Translations under genes and position numbers: made by a program | IMG/VR virus record: IMGVR_UViG_3300047469_000103 | Location: 224,001-288,000 of that record | Reading direction: 5' to 3' (one strand) | DNA length: 64,000 nt | Source: a virus | Taxonomy: Duplodnaviria > Caudoviricetes | The notes under the pieces: generated by a model | What the model was told of the DNA's origin: nothing | Databases searched by the model: none | What the model saw: the letters and a program-made list of their open reading frames with translations, nothing else | Shown here: positions 10,501 through 20,096 of the stretch, piece by piece | Position numbering within the stretch: the stretch's first letter is position 1 | Layout: the number at the start of each line of letters is the position of its first letter

Positions 10501-13500
10501 AAGATTTCAGGTTGTGCGATTCGTCGATTGCGATGTAGTTGCAACCGAGGCGGCGAATGAATTCCAAGTTAGCCGAGAAATTCACTTGCGCGTTACCGAT
10601 ACACACGCGTTTGTTACGGCCCTGAATGAACGTCATGGAAGCGATGAAAATTGTGTTCGGCGGCGCAGCAGTTGCCACTTCCAGCAAACGTTTTTCACCC
10701 CAACGTTTCATCACGTCAGCGGACAACGGGAACGGGTTCCAGTTTTCACCAACGAAATATTTCATGTCTTCGCACCACTGGTTAATCAGACCATTCGGGC
10801 AGATTACCAACGGCTTAACAACGGTGCCAGCTTCCAGCATGTCTTTGACCATACAGGTCATGTCGATCACGCCTTGGCCGGTTTTACCACCACCCGGATC
10901 AAGTGCGAGAATTGCGAAAGAAGGCGGAACTTTTTTACGCAGATACGATTGCACAGACGCTTGGTGCGGGAACACTGCACGCGGAGAATCTGTAACCATG
11001 CCGGGAACCTTAATATCTTCCGAAGAAAAAGATTCATCAGGGCGAATAGATTCAACCTGTTCGTCTGCTTCTGCGAAAATGGTTTCCTGATTTGGTGCGT
11101 ACTTGCCGAGCATGGTTGTGAACGGCAGAACGTCGTGCATGATGCGACGGTTATTCAGCTTCGGAATATCCAGCTTATATTCAACGTCTGGATTGTTCGG
11201 GTTTTGACCTACAGCAATTTGCAGTCGGCCGCCGCGCTCGTTGAAATAATCACCAGCAGGAATTGCGTTGATCGCGTCCAGAATTTGCTTGAATACTTGA
11301 CCGCCGAAGTAATTGTACAGCTTGGCGAAATCAGCAGTGGTCGAAGTCGAAGCGTTGAAATAGTTCGGATGCGCAGACAGTTCTTCCTGTACTTCAAAAC
11401 TTTTCGGACTGTAATCGTCAGTGCGCATATCGTTGAACGTTTCCGTCCACAATTGCGAACCTTGTTCACCCGATGCTTGAGTCATGGCCGCGCCGAGAAT
11501 CGACGAAATAGCGCGTTTGGTCATGCTCACTTGCGAAGCTTTGAACGAGCCGTCTTCGTTGAAATATTCGAAATACGTCGTCGAATAATCGTGACCTTTT
11601 TCGGTCGGAAGTTTCTCGTAGCCCAGCGCACGGATTGCAGCCTTGGCAATTGCTTCCAGCTTCGGCGCTTTGTTATCGGCGTATGCCAGCTTCAAATACA
11701 CGTCAACAATATCAGTTACGATATCGCTGTTTGCAAATGTCGATGCGGCAGTTTTCGAACCGTAGGCACGTTCCGATTTATAACCGATTTCACTGAGGTT
11801 TTGATATTTGGTCAGCACCCACATTGTCGATGCGAAATTCCGCACCATCGGTTTTTCACCTTCTTTCGAAAGGTTGTAACCGAGATAATCCGCGATGGAA
11901 AGCGAATCGGGAGTAACCGAACCAACGTCAACACGGGTAGTCGCGGAACCGGGCATATCGCCCGCAGTCATGGTGATACCGAAGTCCCAATCATAACCGA
12001 TAATGCAACCATCAAAACTTTTCAGTTCTGTCATCAAATCATTCAGACGTTGAACGTCGTGCATGTCGATGTGCGGCCATTTCTCAGGACGCGGGTCGCC
12101 GTTGAAACCAGCGATTGGAATATCGTTACGGTCGAGAATTTCCAGAATTTCTTCGGAAACTTTTTCGTAGTCATTCGCCAGCGTCGAGTTTTTGAAGGAC
12201 TCGATATCAGGTCGAACAGCCATCGTCCCGTTCGGACGAATGTACATGTTTTCCGAGTTGCCTTTGGTTTTCTCGACAACGAAACCGTGCTGTGTACGAA
12301 TATCCGAAATCTTTTTCAGCGTGGAAGCACCCATCGAATAACGAGGGATGTTTACCATTTTGATTGCACGTTCGTTGCTGTACGACGGAACGCCTTTACG
12401 GGTTGCCGCAACTTTCGCACGAATTACTTGACCGATGTAAACCGAGAACCACGCGTTGGTGCGGCTCAGGTTTGGACGCTCGCTGTCTTCGGTCTGGCTG
12501 ACGTAATGCGCAATGTCAGATTCCAAAGTAAAGCGAATCGAAGTCCGCAAAACGAGGTTCATCAATTCAGCTTCAGGTGCGAGTTTTGCAGTGCCACTAT
12601 TCAGAATGGTTTCGACCATCGAATTGTTGGCAGCAGCTTCACCCATGCGGGCCTGATTGCGTGCATCAGCAGCAGCTTCAACAGCTTTTTCCGAAGGCAT
12701 TTTCATAACTTCAACTTGCAGGAATTGTTCCGCAAGGTGATTGGTTACGTCCATATCCGTGATGATGGATTTCGGCAGTTTAAAACCGGTGTGCTTTGTC
12801 CAGATATCTTCAATGTCGGTGAACTTGGTATTTACCGACAGGCCACGGTGCATCACACGTTCGGAAATTGCAGCAGAACCGAACAGGAAAATCGTGATTT
12901 CTTTTGCAGCGGCCAGAATGTTTTCACCGAACGGAGACTGCCAGCGACCGCGACGATGCGATTCAACGAAATAATGTTGAGCGCCATTGTTCGCGAGCAA
13001 ATCACCTTGGCCCATGTTCGCATCATCCGTACCGAAATACGGTGCAGGTACATGGTCTGCACGAACGTCGGTGCCGGTGCCATTCAGCACGATATCAATA
13101 CCGTTGTTGTAACGCTTCGAACGATAGATATTGTGGAAAGCAGATTGCGACATACGAATTGCGCGGAGGAAACCAACAACTGCGCTTTTTACGGATGCTT
13201 CGTCACGCTTGCGCTGCATGGTGTCGTAGAACAAACGCTCTACACGATCCTTTGCAGCCTGTTCGTCCATACCCGAAATGTAGTTCGCGTCAGCCATGCA
13301 CGCGCGCATGAAACGGAAAAACAAGTTGATATTCGACGTTACGTCACTGAGGGATTCCAGAATTGCCACGAGGAATTGACGATCACTCGGGTAAAAGAAA
13401 CCTTCATATTCCGCATTGCGATCCGACTCAAGATTTACCGGTCGAATCGAACGGACAAATTCCGACTCTTCGTTGGCTTCGTCTTCTTCGTCGTCAGCAC

Positions 13501-13606
13501 TTGCACGAGCGATTGCGAGTTCGTCCGCATATTCCTGTTCGTAAGCAGCGTGAAGACGCATTGCTTCTGTGATGGAATTTTCACGCCACACAATTTGTCG
13601 ATTCAT
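7589..13606 (-). CDS. giant SNF2-family (SF2) ATPase/helicase
   Basis: Motif I LALDPGGGKT, II IAIDESH, III ILTGT, V/VI EGHNLQ...QTNARIFR; start set at ATG 13606 (ATGA overlap with upstream stop). Confidence 0.9.
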   Translation of the reverse strand: MNRQIVWRENSITEAMRLHAAYEQEYADELAIARASADDEEDEANEESEFVRSIRPVNLESDRNAEYEGFFYPSDRQFLVAILESLSDVTSNINLFFRFMRACMADANYISGMDEQAAKDRVERLFYDTMQRKRDEASVKSAVVGFLRAIRMSQSAFHNIYRSKRYNNGIDIVLNGTGTDVRADHVPAPYFGTDDANMGQGDLLANNGAQHYFVESHRRGRWQSPFGENILAAAKEITIFLFGSAAISERVMHRGLSVNTKFTDIEDIWTKHTGFKLPKSIITDMDVTNHLAEQFLQVEVMKMPSEKAVEAAADARNQARMGEAAANNSMVETILNSGTAKLAPEAELMNLVLRTSIRFTLESDIAHYVSQTEDSERPNLSRTNAWFSVYIGQVIRAKVAATRKGVPSYSNERAIKMVNIPRYSMGASTLKKISDIRTQHGFVVEKTKGNSENMYIRPNGTMAVRPDIESFKNSTLANDYEKVSEEILEILDRNDIPIAGFNGDPRPEKWPHIDMHDVQRLNDLMTELKSFDGCIIGYDWDFGITMTAGDMPGSATTRVDVGSVTPDSLSIADYLGYNLSKEGEKPMVRNFASTMWVLTKYQNLSEIGYKSERAYGSKTAASTFANSDIVTDIVDVYLKLAYADNKAPKLEAIAKAAIRALGYEKLPTEKGHDYSTTYFEYFNEDGSFKASQVSMTKRAISSILGAAMTQASGEQGSQLWTETFNDMRTDDYSPKSFEVQEELSAHPNYFNASTSTTADFAKLYNYFGGQVFKQILDAINAIPAGDYFNERGGRLQIAVGQNPNNPDVEYKLDIPKLNNRRIMHDVLPFTTMLGKYAPNQETIFAEADEQVESIRPDESFSSEDIKVPGMVTDSPRAVFPHQASVQSYLRKKVPPSFAILALDPGGGKTGQGVIDMTCMVKDMLEAGTVVKPLVICPNGLINQWCEDMKYFVGENWNPFPLSADVMKRWGEKRLLEVATAAPPNTIFIASMTFIQGRNKRVCIGNAQVNFSANLEFIRRLGCNYIAIDESHNLKSFNSARHRATKILTTSTMVKWLRILTGTIMPDRAKDIEGQIALKTPHVFRAGEIANIRSDAEASGSDVKIGDRVVATYTPLNGKRAVDKLSHYTAFIVKKRKEWAFMLPAPIETFHAIALVDKDGNDGTSLEEIEQQKLHEQLYKLVLDKTLEDLKPLLAQKKKAEDAADHDYDEEGEGEHGSQEENEGGGGVGLIDNDADFAGEKIKQALWEKNLARFERLIIAPQYDEAYEEVFGKGAVFKSRKAKYIANLVHLHFNTPAWRRGQQYTEYDLVSVGKDLYVAKKYHSSAEHMALPRDQLNTSPEENPDYWKKEPRGKLIIITRYNHSASAIFDALPENYKQKAVKFTGDEPDKVKSFNDFKTDDRVQILIANEQGMSEGHNLQMASRIIRAESPWGPGALNQTNARIFRPDPKGAIAAAKGEGEMTRDVIYLDWVLANNTMEVPKQARVISKTFGIARFTEADNPRYKEMLTRRKVPTERENAALSLGIDMLKNIKGLNDEPFRGMRESYEELNEIENKEFRDMRAEQEAKLLPIEASPNVAGARQMDVRPFVPNMPVADPNKWKLTNVEILLRDEKIANDFVEHLSKKPVLTEWGTGKIVGFNKKDGGKRLSSLIVNLKNPPAGMPSRVTIQPNMCYVAMENITPDQESKYFDVSTAGTDTEEKRQEARDKRLEKQQKAQEEQEEKERRIRERQQKETIGIIKKEQADGEKRKDNEAKGKPLNDGIYKVKDAVIKIAPTGKKVIATDDAEPDIGRIVPVDSDLDVWLSPAYYHGFATLEAEFDEGDVNLKSLGFQWTPSYAFVTVSNKKKFHAIYEYLDSNFDLPDKTVDLIQEINAAFEPGLKNTHKLWYSLELAPVSELPAFFSVGKRVTSNRRAIRVFPIFMEDHVMLCVDIRTNPAIVKHIGKTITGAGVKWQKSEGQWLFFGKNKTDLKDMISKVGKAGYTVVNKAAALKELAELKFRYKKTK

Positions 13607-14019
13607 TCTGAAACCTCGTCGAGTTCCCCATCGCACTGAATAACAGCGGCCCACAGTGGGTTGGGTTCTTGTTTCTGGTCAACAGCGCAACGCATCAGCG
13701 CTTGGCAAAGGGCTACACGAATAAATGGATCGGGTTCATCCAGTAATGTCGTGCGGTGATAGTAATCGTACAGATTGAAATAAATCTGTTTGGAAAGCGG
13801 CTCGTACAAATCATCAACCGCTTTCTTCATATCGAAGGTAGGCTGTTTACGATCCGGCAAATAGGATGAATATTCTTGATCGGCCAAATCTTGAATATCG
13901 TTGCGGGCGACGTTCGCAAGGTCTTGGATTGCCTGTAGCTTTGTGGCCGGGTCGGCATCACCTTTGCTGATAACCGCCAGAATGGAATTCAACCCATTCA
14001 ACGCGCTTTGAACTGTCAT
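13603..14019 (-). CDS. hypothetical protein
   Basis: ATG 14019 overlaps upstream TGA; MTVQSALN... Confidence 0.7.
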   Translation of the reverse strand: MTVQSALNGLNSILAVISKGDADPATKLQAIQDLANVARNDIQDLADQEYSSYLPDRKQPTFDMKKAVDDLYEPLSKQIYFNLYDYYHRTTLLDEPDPFIRVALCQALMRCAVDQKQEPNPLWAAVIQCDGELDEVSE

Positions 14020-14699
14020 CGAAAATCTCCGATTGAAGCTCGACGCCAAACGGCGAAAAGCTGTTTATCTAAGTTTGGATACATGGGAATTGTGTTGTCA
14101 AAATAAAGCTCGTATTTCAACACGAGGAAATCGTTTTTCAACCGTGCAATTTTGACTCGCATGTCCGAGTTAAGAATCACGCTAACTTCCATTGACTCGC
14201 GCACCTTATCGGCACGTGGAGGAAAACGATCAGCGTAAACCGTTTTCTTTTCACCCGCGTGCATTTTCACACGCGACGAAAGTTTCAATTCCTCGGGCAA
14301 TGTTTTGAATACTTTCAGTTCGACTAATCGACGCAGAAGGTAATCAAGTTCGAATCGTTGCGGCTTCAGTTTCACTGTACCGCGAATGGTGAATCCGTTT
14401 ACAACATTTACCAATTCATCGGCATTCCAAACGAATTCAAACTGGTGCTGCACGGGCAAAAGGTGATACAAAAGAAACTTTGAATGCACCTGTTTGGCGA
14501 AGGCTTGATACTGCTTATTTACAGTAAAAAAGTCAGCCAACAATTTCTTGGTTTTTACTTTAACACCGGCTTGCTGCAAAAGAATGCGAAAACATTCACC
14601 CAATACAAGCGGTTCAAGTTTGCTTGTACGGGGCAGCTCTAAAAACGCCTCCCATGATCCTTGAAAATCGTCGCTAATATCGGATGGCATTTTCATCAT
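14016..14699 (-). CDS. hypothetical protein
   Basis: 227 aa, coupled to the HNH gene. Confidence 0.7.
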   Translation of the reverse strand: MMKMPSDISDDFQGSWEAFLELPRTSKLEPLVLGECFRILLQQAGVKVKTKKLLADFFTVNKQYQAFAKQVHSKFLLYHLLPVQHQFEFVWNADELVNVVNGFTIRGTVKLKPQRFELDYLLRRLVELKVFKTLPEELKLSSRVKMHAGEKKTVYADRFPPRADKVRESMEVSVILNSDMRVKIARLKNDFLVLKYELYFDNTIPMYPNLDKQLFAVWRRASIGDFR

Positions 14700-15022
14700 T
14701 TCTTTTTCGCCAAGATCAAATGTTTAGCGGCTGCATGTCCCGGTCGCTTGGAATGGCAATCGGCACACAGAGTCCAAAGGTTACTCATGGTTGTTTGTCC
14801 GCCGCGTGCTGCCGGTCGAATATGATCGACTTGCAGATTTGTTTTGCACGGACATTTTCGGCACGTGTGATTATCACGAGCCAGAACTTTTTCACGTACT
14901 GCCATCCAATCCCAACGCTCGCCGTAAACTTGTACGGACGTGCGCCGAACCTTGGCAACAACAGCAGGTTTTTTCGTGACGCTTTTCGCCTTGAAAGGTT
15001 TAATGCGTTTTGGTGTGGTCAT
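14696..15022 (-). CDS. small HNH endonuclease
   Basis: W..VR..VLARD..TCRKC...LQVDHI.P...GG.....NL.TLCADCHSKR. Confidence 0.9.
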   Translation of the reverse strand: MTTPKRIKPFKAKSVTKKPAVVAKVRRTSVQVYGERWDWMAVREKVLARDNHTCRKCPCKTNLQVDHIRPAARGGQTTMSNLWTLCADCHSKRPGHAAAKHLILAKKK

Positions 15023-15828
15023 AGCAGAACCTTCCGCGCCCGGTCGAGTGCCAAGCCGTATTCTGACTGGAGGTTATCTGCGCATTCAGCCAAAGTATTT
15101 TTCAACTTCTTTTGAATCTCTAGGCGCATGTCCGAGTCTTTAACGAATTTCGAAACGGCACCGTCAATGTGGAAATACAGGTCGGTCAGCGACTGCGCCA
15201 CAACCATTTGGTATGGCCGCATTACAATGCTTTCCAATTCAGCAATTTGTGCGCTGATATCCCGTGTGGCTCGCAGGTCGGCAATGACTTCGCGAATCTG
15301 CGAATAAATAACGTTTAGTGCGTAAACGTCTTTGTTGTAAATCCGATCTTCCATCTGCTCTTCGAAACGACCAGCCAGAGAAATCAGATTTTCGAATATG
15401 CGGCGTGACTCGGCATCGAATTCATCGACAACCGGAGGCAATTCTACGAACACTTCGACAGCATCGAGAACTTGTTGTTTGCCCTTCGCCTTTTTCTTCA
15501 GTGCTGCACTTCCGGCGACTTTTGGGATTACCGCCAGTTCGGTTTTCACCGACTTTTTCTTTTCTTTGATACGTTCGACCGTACCTTCGATTGTTACCGG
15601 GGTCTTGCGCTTTTTCTTTTTCAGTTCACTGCCTTTCTTGTACGTGTTGTCTTCAATCACAATGACTTCACGTTCAACTTTTTTCTTCTTTTTCTTCGTC
15701 TTCAGAATAGAAGAACCGCGACCGCCACCATCATCGGCATCCTTGTTGCGGAATTTACCGCGTTCATCAATGTCGCCGCCCTGTCCACCACTTACGCGGT
15801 GAATGGAATCCCCACTATTCTTTTTCAT
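15019..15828 (-). CDS. hypothetical protein, Lys-rich N-half and helical C-half (possible terminase small subunit or packaging factor)
   Basis: 269 aa; poly-K runs; adjacent to a small HNH gene; function is inference. Confidence 0.6.
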   Translation of the reverse strand: MKKNSGDSIHRVSGGQGGDIDERGKFRNKDADDGGGRGSSILKTKKKKKKVEREVIVIEDNTYKKGSELKKKKRKTPVTIEGTVERIKEKKKSVKTELAVIPKVAGSAALKKKAKGKQQVLDAVEVFVELPPVVDEFDAESRRIFENLISLAGRFEEQMEDRIYNKDVYALNVIYSQIREVIADLRATRDISAQIAELESIVMRPYQMVVAQSLTDLYFHIDGAVSKFVKDSDMRLEIQKKLKNTLAECADNLQSEYGLALDRARKVLL

Positions 15829-15850
15829 ATTTCCCCCGGCTTAAATCGGC

Positions 15851-15873
15851 AAAAGGGGGCACGTGGCCCCCTT
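15851..15873 (-). terminator. intrinsic terminator
   Basis: AAGGGGGC-acgtg-GCCCCCTT hairpin with short U tract on the minus strand. Confidence 0.65.
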
Positions 15874-15891
15874 CTGTTTATTGCGTGTTAT

Positions 15892-16734
15892 TTACATCCA
15901 AACGTGGGCGCGTACACGCTCCATGAATTTTTCGTAGTAGGCCGGACGACGTGCAAAAACACGAGCGTAATAGGCGCTGATTTGGTCGATGTTCGGAGTT
16001 GCAGCGGTAGCGATTTCGTCTTCCGCGTCAGCTTCGATTTCGTGGTCAGCGGCTGCAATTACGATCATGTCGCGGTGCAGAGTTTCTTGCTGGCCGTTCG
16101 GGCGAACAACCTGAATATCAGTAGTCGGGCTACCGTCTTCGTTGTCGATGGAAGCAACAGCAATACCGACGTTCAAATCGCAAGATTGCTGCGAAATGTA
16201 GGTAATCAAATCGCCACCGGTAACGGTTGCGCGTGCTTGTGCGGTATCAGCACCAACGTTCGCATTTACGAAATCGTTGTGGTCAACAGAAGCACAGGCC
16301 AGCAATTGCTGCATAACCAGATGGTCGTCAGCAACAGCGGATTTAACCAGAACTTCACCGGTCGCAGTTTTGCGCAGTGCCCACAGGCATTCGGTATCGT
16401 CCATGAACATATTTGCAGCAACGGCTTTGTAAGCGCCGCGATTTTCGTCGGTCAGCACAATACGTTCGGCAACAACGCCGACGATGCCTTCGAAAATGTG
16501 GGTACGTGCATCGCTAGCGAGCGAAACAAACGAACCAACAACAGGCGTGATATGTGCGAATTGTTTTTTGATACCGGCGAACACTTGTTCTTTGGTAGCA
16601 GCAACGGAAGCGGTTGCGATGATACGCATGAAACGATCATCAACTTGATACGCTTCACGAATATTTACTTCAGTGGCTTCAGATTTGACGTTGTGGGCCA
16701 AAGCCGATTGCGCACGATTGAGGGAAAAAGTCAT
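15892..16734 (-). CDS. hypothetical protein, possibly virion-associated
   Basis: 280 aa; GGAG SD; strongly biased codons; several A-x-A-S/A linkers. Confidence 0.7.
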   Translation of the reverse strand: MTFSLNRAQSALAHNVKSEATEVNIREAYQVDDRFMRIIATASVAATKEQVFAGIKKQFAHITPVVGSFVSLASDARTHIFEGIVGVVAERIVLTDENRGAYKAVAANMFMDDTECLWALRKTATGEVLVKSAVADDHLVMQQLLACASVDHNDFVNANVGADTAQARATVTGGDLITYISQQSCDLNVGIAVASIDNEDGSPTTDIQVVRPNGQQETLHRDMIVIAAADHEIEADAEDEIATAATPNIDQISAYYARVFARRPAYYEKFMERVRAHVWM

Positions 16735-16784
16735 TGTTTATCTCCAGTAGAGTAAGCCAAGTGTTACTCTTATTTAAATTAACT

Positions 16785-17999
16785 TTAGAAGAAATTGCGG
16801 AAGAATCCGCCAGTTGATCCACGACCGGGCAAACCCGGCAATCGAGTCATTGGTGTGTTTGAAACTCCGAGAATCCCGATTGCTTTACTGCTGTCGATGA
16901 ATCCACCACCAGCAGAACCATCACCACTCAAAACACCGGCTCGGCCTAACAACTTCTTGAGAGGTTTTACAACACTTTCTATTTCCGCATCGAGTCGGCC
17001 CAAAGCACTTTCCAATGCTGGCGTTCGGTCAACGTTTAAGCTAACCGTTTGCCCACCGAAATCGAATGCTAATGCGCCTTCAGCTTGAATCTGTGCGCCT
17101 AATGCGTAAATGGCAGAACACGTCAGCCATGCACCCATTAATGGCCCCTGCATATTCGTGCCGGTGAAGCTCGAAATGTTTGGTTGCAGGGAGTTAAACA
17201 TATTCAAACCACGTGACAAAGATTCCATCAAATCGGATTGTGTGTATTCCAATTCGGGAATAATGTTCGCGATTCGCGCCCGGTTAATAAAATCCTCAAG
17301 CTGGCGCGCAGCCATAAGGATTTGCGGAGTTACCGCCCACACTTTATACGACAGTGTGCTACTTGCCAGTTTGCGCGTTGGTGTGTGTTCTACAAGCATT
17401 GTCAGCGGTGACATTTGCGGAGTGCCGACGACTGCGGGCATATCAATAACGGTGCGATTTTTCATCGCTTCGATATTAATTCCTTGATCCTCGACGTTCC
17501 AGTTTTCGTAGACCGCTCGGTTGTTGAAGTAAAGCGACAGAGTTAACTTATCACCTTCGACTTCTTTTCGTGCTTTTGTACCCTTTGCCAAATTGGCAGG
17601 CACTGCGGCGACTGGGGCTTTGTAGGAAATCGGCAGGGTTAATTGCATACGCGAATCACGTCCGCAAACAATCACGATATCCGATTCACGGCCAAGCGTT
17701 GCAGGCTCGACAGTGATAGAAGTTCGTGCCTGATAATTCCCGTCTTGTCCCTCGTAAGTCCACCGCGCAAACAATTCAACAGCGTCACGCAAATTCATGT
17801 TTGGAATTGGAAGGTCAGCCATCCAATTACCGGGCATTGTCGCGTGAGGTTTTGCGTAAACTTCTGCGATTACAGAACGGTCGGTGTCGAATAATCGAAC
17901 CAACGGCGCCGGGGAGTTATCCGACGGCAAGACTGGATCGTCAAACGCATCGAAAAACTCTTCCGTAATCGTACACGTTTGACCTTCGTATACGTTCAT
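16785..17999 (-). CDS. putative virion protein (Ig-like N-terminus, neck/adaptor-like C-terminus)
   Basis: 404 aa; beta-rich N-half, helical C-half with FDFGGQTVSLNVDR reminiscent of head-tail adaptors; tentative. Confidence 0.5.
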   Translation of the reverse strand: MNVYEGQTCTITEEFFDAFDDPVLPSDNSPAPLVRLFDTDRSVIAEVYAKPHATMPGNWMADLPIPNMNLRDAVELFARWTYEGQDGNYQARTSITVEPATLGRESDIVIVCGRDSRMQLTLPISYKAPVAAVPANLAKGTKARKEVEGDKLTLSLYFNNRAVYENWNVEDQGINIEAMKNRTVIDMPAVVGTPQMSPLTMLVEHTPTRKLASSTLSYKVWAVTPQILMAARQLEDFINRARIANIIPELEYTQSDLMESLSRGLNMFNSLQPNISSFTGTNMQGPLMGAWLTCSAIYALGAQIQAEGALAFDFGGQTVSLNVDRTPALESALGRLDAEIESVVKPLKKLLGRAGVLSGDGSAGGGFIDSSKAIGILGVSNTPMTRLPGLPGRGSTGGFFRNFF

Positions 18000-18895
18000 T
18001 CGATTATCCCTTTCGACAAATTCACAACCAATGTTTCTACGTCGTGAATAAGCGATTCGTCAGCCGGTAGCAATGCGACCAGATCAGCTTCTTCAGGCTG
18101 CACCATGTTCTGCAAATAACGCAGGATGAATTGGCGCAAATGTTCCTGCACCTCTTCTTCATATTGCGCGTAATACTTGCTGCGCTGTCGCATGGGCAGT
18201 TTGTCCGCAATGTACCGAACGTAATATTCAATAAATTTCGGTGTCCATTCAACATGCAACAGGTCGGGCATTCTCTTCCAGAAATCCAATACATATTTCC
18301 AGTCCGTCATCGCCATATAAAACATGGCTTTCGGAATGGTGTAGTAGAGATATTTCCGAGTGACTTGCACGCCACCATGAAACTCTTTGATCGACCGAAT
18401 CACAGCTTTGGTATAACCGCCAACAATGTCGTATAAATATCGCTGATCCCGAATCATCATCTGTTGCATGCGTGCAGCAGTGAGGATATTTAACGGAATG
18501 GAAATACTTATAAAATCATTTGAGCTTTCGGTGTCGTTTCCCCAAATCGCTGTGTAGCCGCGCAGCCAATAAACATGCTTTGCATTTCCCGGCCCGTTAT
18601 TATCTCGTGTACGGGCGAAGGTGAACACAAGGCCGCTGCGCCGGACATTTTCGTCAGGCTCCGAAACCAATCCCACACTGGTATGCGTGTATTGTGAATA
18701 AACGTTAACCAGTGTGAAACTCGTTTTCAAAATAAATGCTAGCGGAGTCTTTCGCAGTTGCAATTCCAAGTAATCCAGAATTGCGCGAATATCAATGAGG
18801 TATCTATCGGTGTTGTACGTTGTAACGTACCGATCCCCGCCGTAGGGCCATGCGGATAAACGAAAGTCTAACCGCATTGGCGCGTGAATATACAA
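17996..18895 (-). CDS. hypothetical protein
   Basis: 299 aa; TTG start with AGGA SD. Confidence 0.7.
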   Translation of the reverse strand: MYIHAPMRLDFRLSAWPYGGDRYVTTYNTDRYLIDIRAILDYLELQLRKTPLAFILKTSFTLVNVYSQYTHTSVGLVSEPDENVRRSGLVFTFARTRDNNGPGNAKHVYWLRGYTAIWGNDTESSNDFISISIPLNILTAARMQQMMIRDQRYLYDIVGGYTKAVIRSIKEFHGGVQVTRKYLYYTIPKAMFYMAMTDWKYVLDFWKRMPDLLHVEWTPKFIEYYVRYIADKLPMRQRSKYYAQYEEEVQEHLRQFILRYLQNMVQPEEADLVALLPADESLIHDVETLVVNLSKGIIE

Positions 18896-18896
18896 C

Positions 18897-20096
18897 TTAA
18901 TCCTTGAGGGTCAAGCTGTAGGTATGCACGCCCGGATCAATGGTGCGCAGAGTCGGCGTGTATTCTTTATTCAGCATGCGTTTAATCGACGGAATTGCGC
19001 CCATCACACGCAGAACTTGAGCCTGAATTTCCCGATCATTATCAGGATATTCGATTGTCACTTCGGTGCTGTCAACGTTAACGCCGGTAACGCCTTCGAT
19101 TGCAGAAAGACGCGTGGTAACTTCGGTGGCGTCGAGGTCGAGTTCTACCGGGGCGGCGAACGCTACAACGTCAGCGACTGCGAATTTACGCGGCATTACT
19201 TTGTCGAGTTCTTTTGCGAGTGCAGCAGTGTCGTTTCCTTTCAGTTCGGAACCGATGGAATACAAACCCGGCAGACCGACTTTATCGTGGATCGAAACAT
19301 ACGCTTTCATTTCGAATGCGTCGTCGGTTGGCGTCAGGCGTGCGGTAACAACCACAACCTTTGCACGACCAACAACACCGGCTGCGGGCCAGTGGCTGAT
19401 ATCGCAGTTCAACACGAAATCCATCACGTCGTTTTTGATACCGACGTTAATGTAATAATCCAGTTCGGCATCGCTGAAATACGGAGGATCAATTTTCGCT
19501 TTCTTCGCTGCTTCAATTGCGGCGTCACGAGCTTTGATGTAATCCGCATCCAGACCATCGAAGTATTTCTGCACGCGTTTAAACAAATCACCAACGGCGT
19601 CCGGCATGTGATTGTCGGCAACGTCAGACATGTTTTGCAGCGATTCAGTGTAGGCGTCGATCAGTGCATCACGCTCGCGATTCAAATTCGGCACGAGTTT
19701 ATTCAGGCTTTTGTTTTCCGATTCGGAAAAACGTTCGATCATCGCTTCCAGTTCGTCGATTGCTTGGCGAGAATCCAAACCGTCGATGTACTGTTTCAGA
19801 ACACGCGGGCCGGGAGTATCGACCTTTTGAACGATCAGACCAAAGCCAGCGTTTTTACCGCCTTTTTGTCCGCTGGTTTTTGTGTTCGTGCCTTTGCGAC
19901 CGGACACGTCTGCAATAACGTCTTGATCCGATGCGGTGGCGAGGTTTTTCTTACCGAATACTTTTCCTTTGAAAAGTTTCATCAGACTGGTGAACTTGGA
20001 AATCAGACGACGATACGCAGGCTTGCGTTTGTTGTAATATTTCAACAACTGTTCGTCGGTCATCTTTTTGAGGAAGGCAACGTTCTGTTTGCTCAT
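18897..20096 (-). CDS. hypothetical protein, possibly virion-associated
   Basis: 399 aa; coupled to neighbours. Confidence 0.7.
   Translation of the reverse strand: MSKQNVAFLKKMTDEQLLKYYNKRKPAYRRLISKFTSLMKLFKGKVFGKKNLATASDQDVIADVSGRKGTNTKTSGQKGGKNAGFGLIVQKVDTPGPRVLKQYIDGLDSRQAIDELEAMIERFSESENKSLNKLVPNLNRERDALIDAYTESLQNMSDVADNHMPDAVGDLFKRVQKYFDGLDADYIKARDAAIEAAKKAKIDPPYFSDAELDYYINVGIKNDVMDFVLNCDISHWPAAGVVGRAKVVVVTARLTPTDDAFEMKAYVSIHDKVGLPGLYSIGSELKGNDTAALAKELDKVMPRKFAVADVVAFAAPVELDLDATEVTTRLSAIEGVTGVNVDSTEVTIEYPDNDREIQAQVLRVMGAIPSIKRMLNKEYTPTLRTIDPGVHTYSLTLKD

Noticed and set aside
7325-13639. 2104-aa plus-strand ORF as a real gene (also 1705..2973, 3299..4855, 49950..51344, 58433..60181, 60281..61567 and similar)
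   Set aside because: These are in-register antisense shadows of genes with clear motifs; the translations are F/V/R-rich without domains or SD sites and are explained by sense-strand codon bias.
14696-15022. HNH gene as a mobile homing endonuclease or intron marker
   Set aside because: Small, translationally coupled on both sides, with no interrupted host gene or intron structure; more like packaging-associated HNH proteins.
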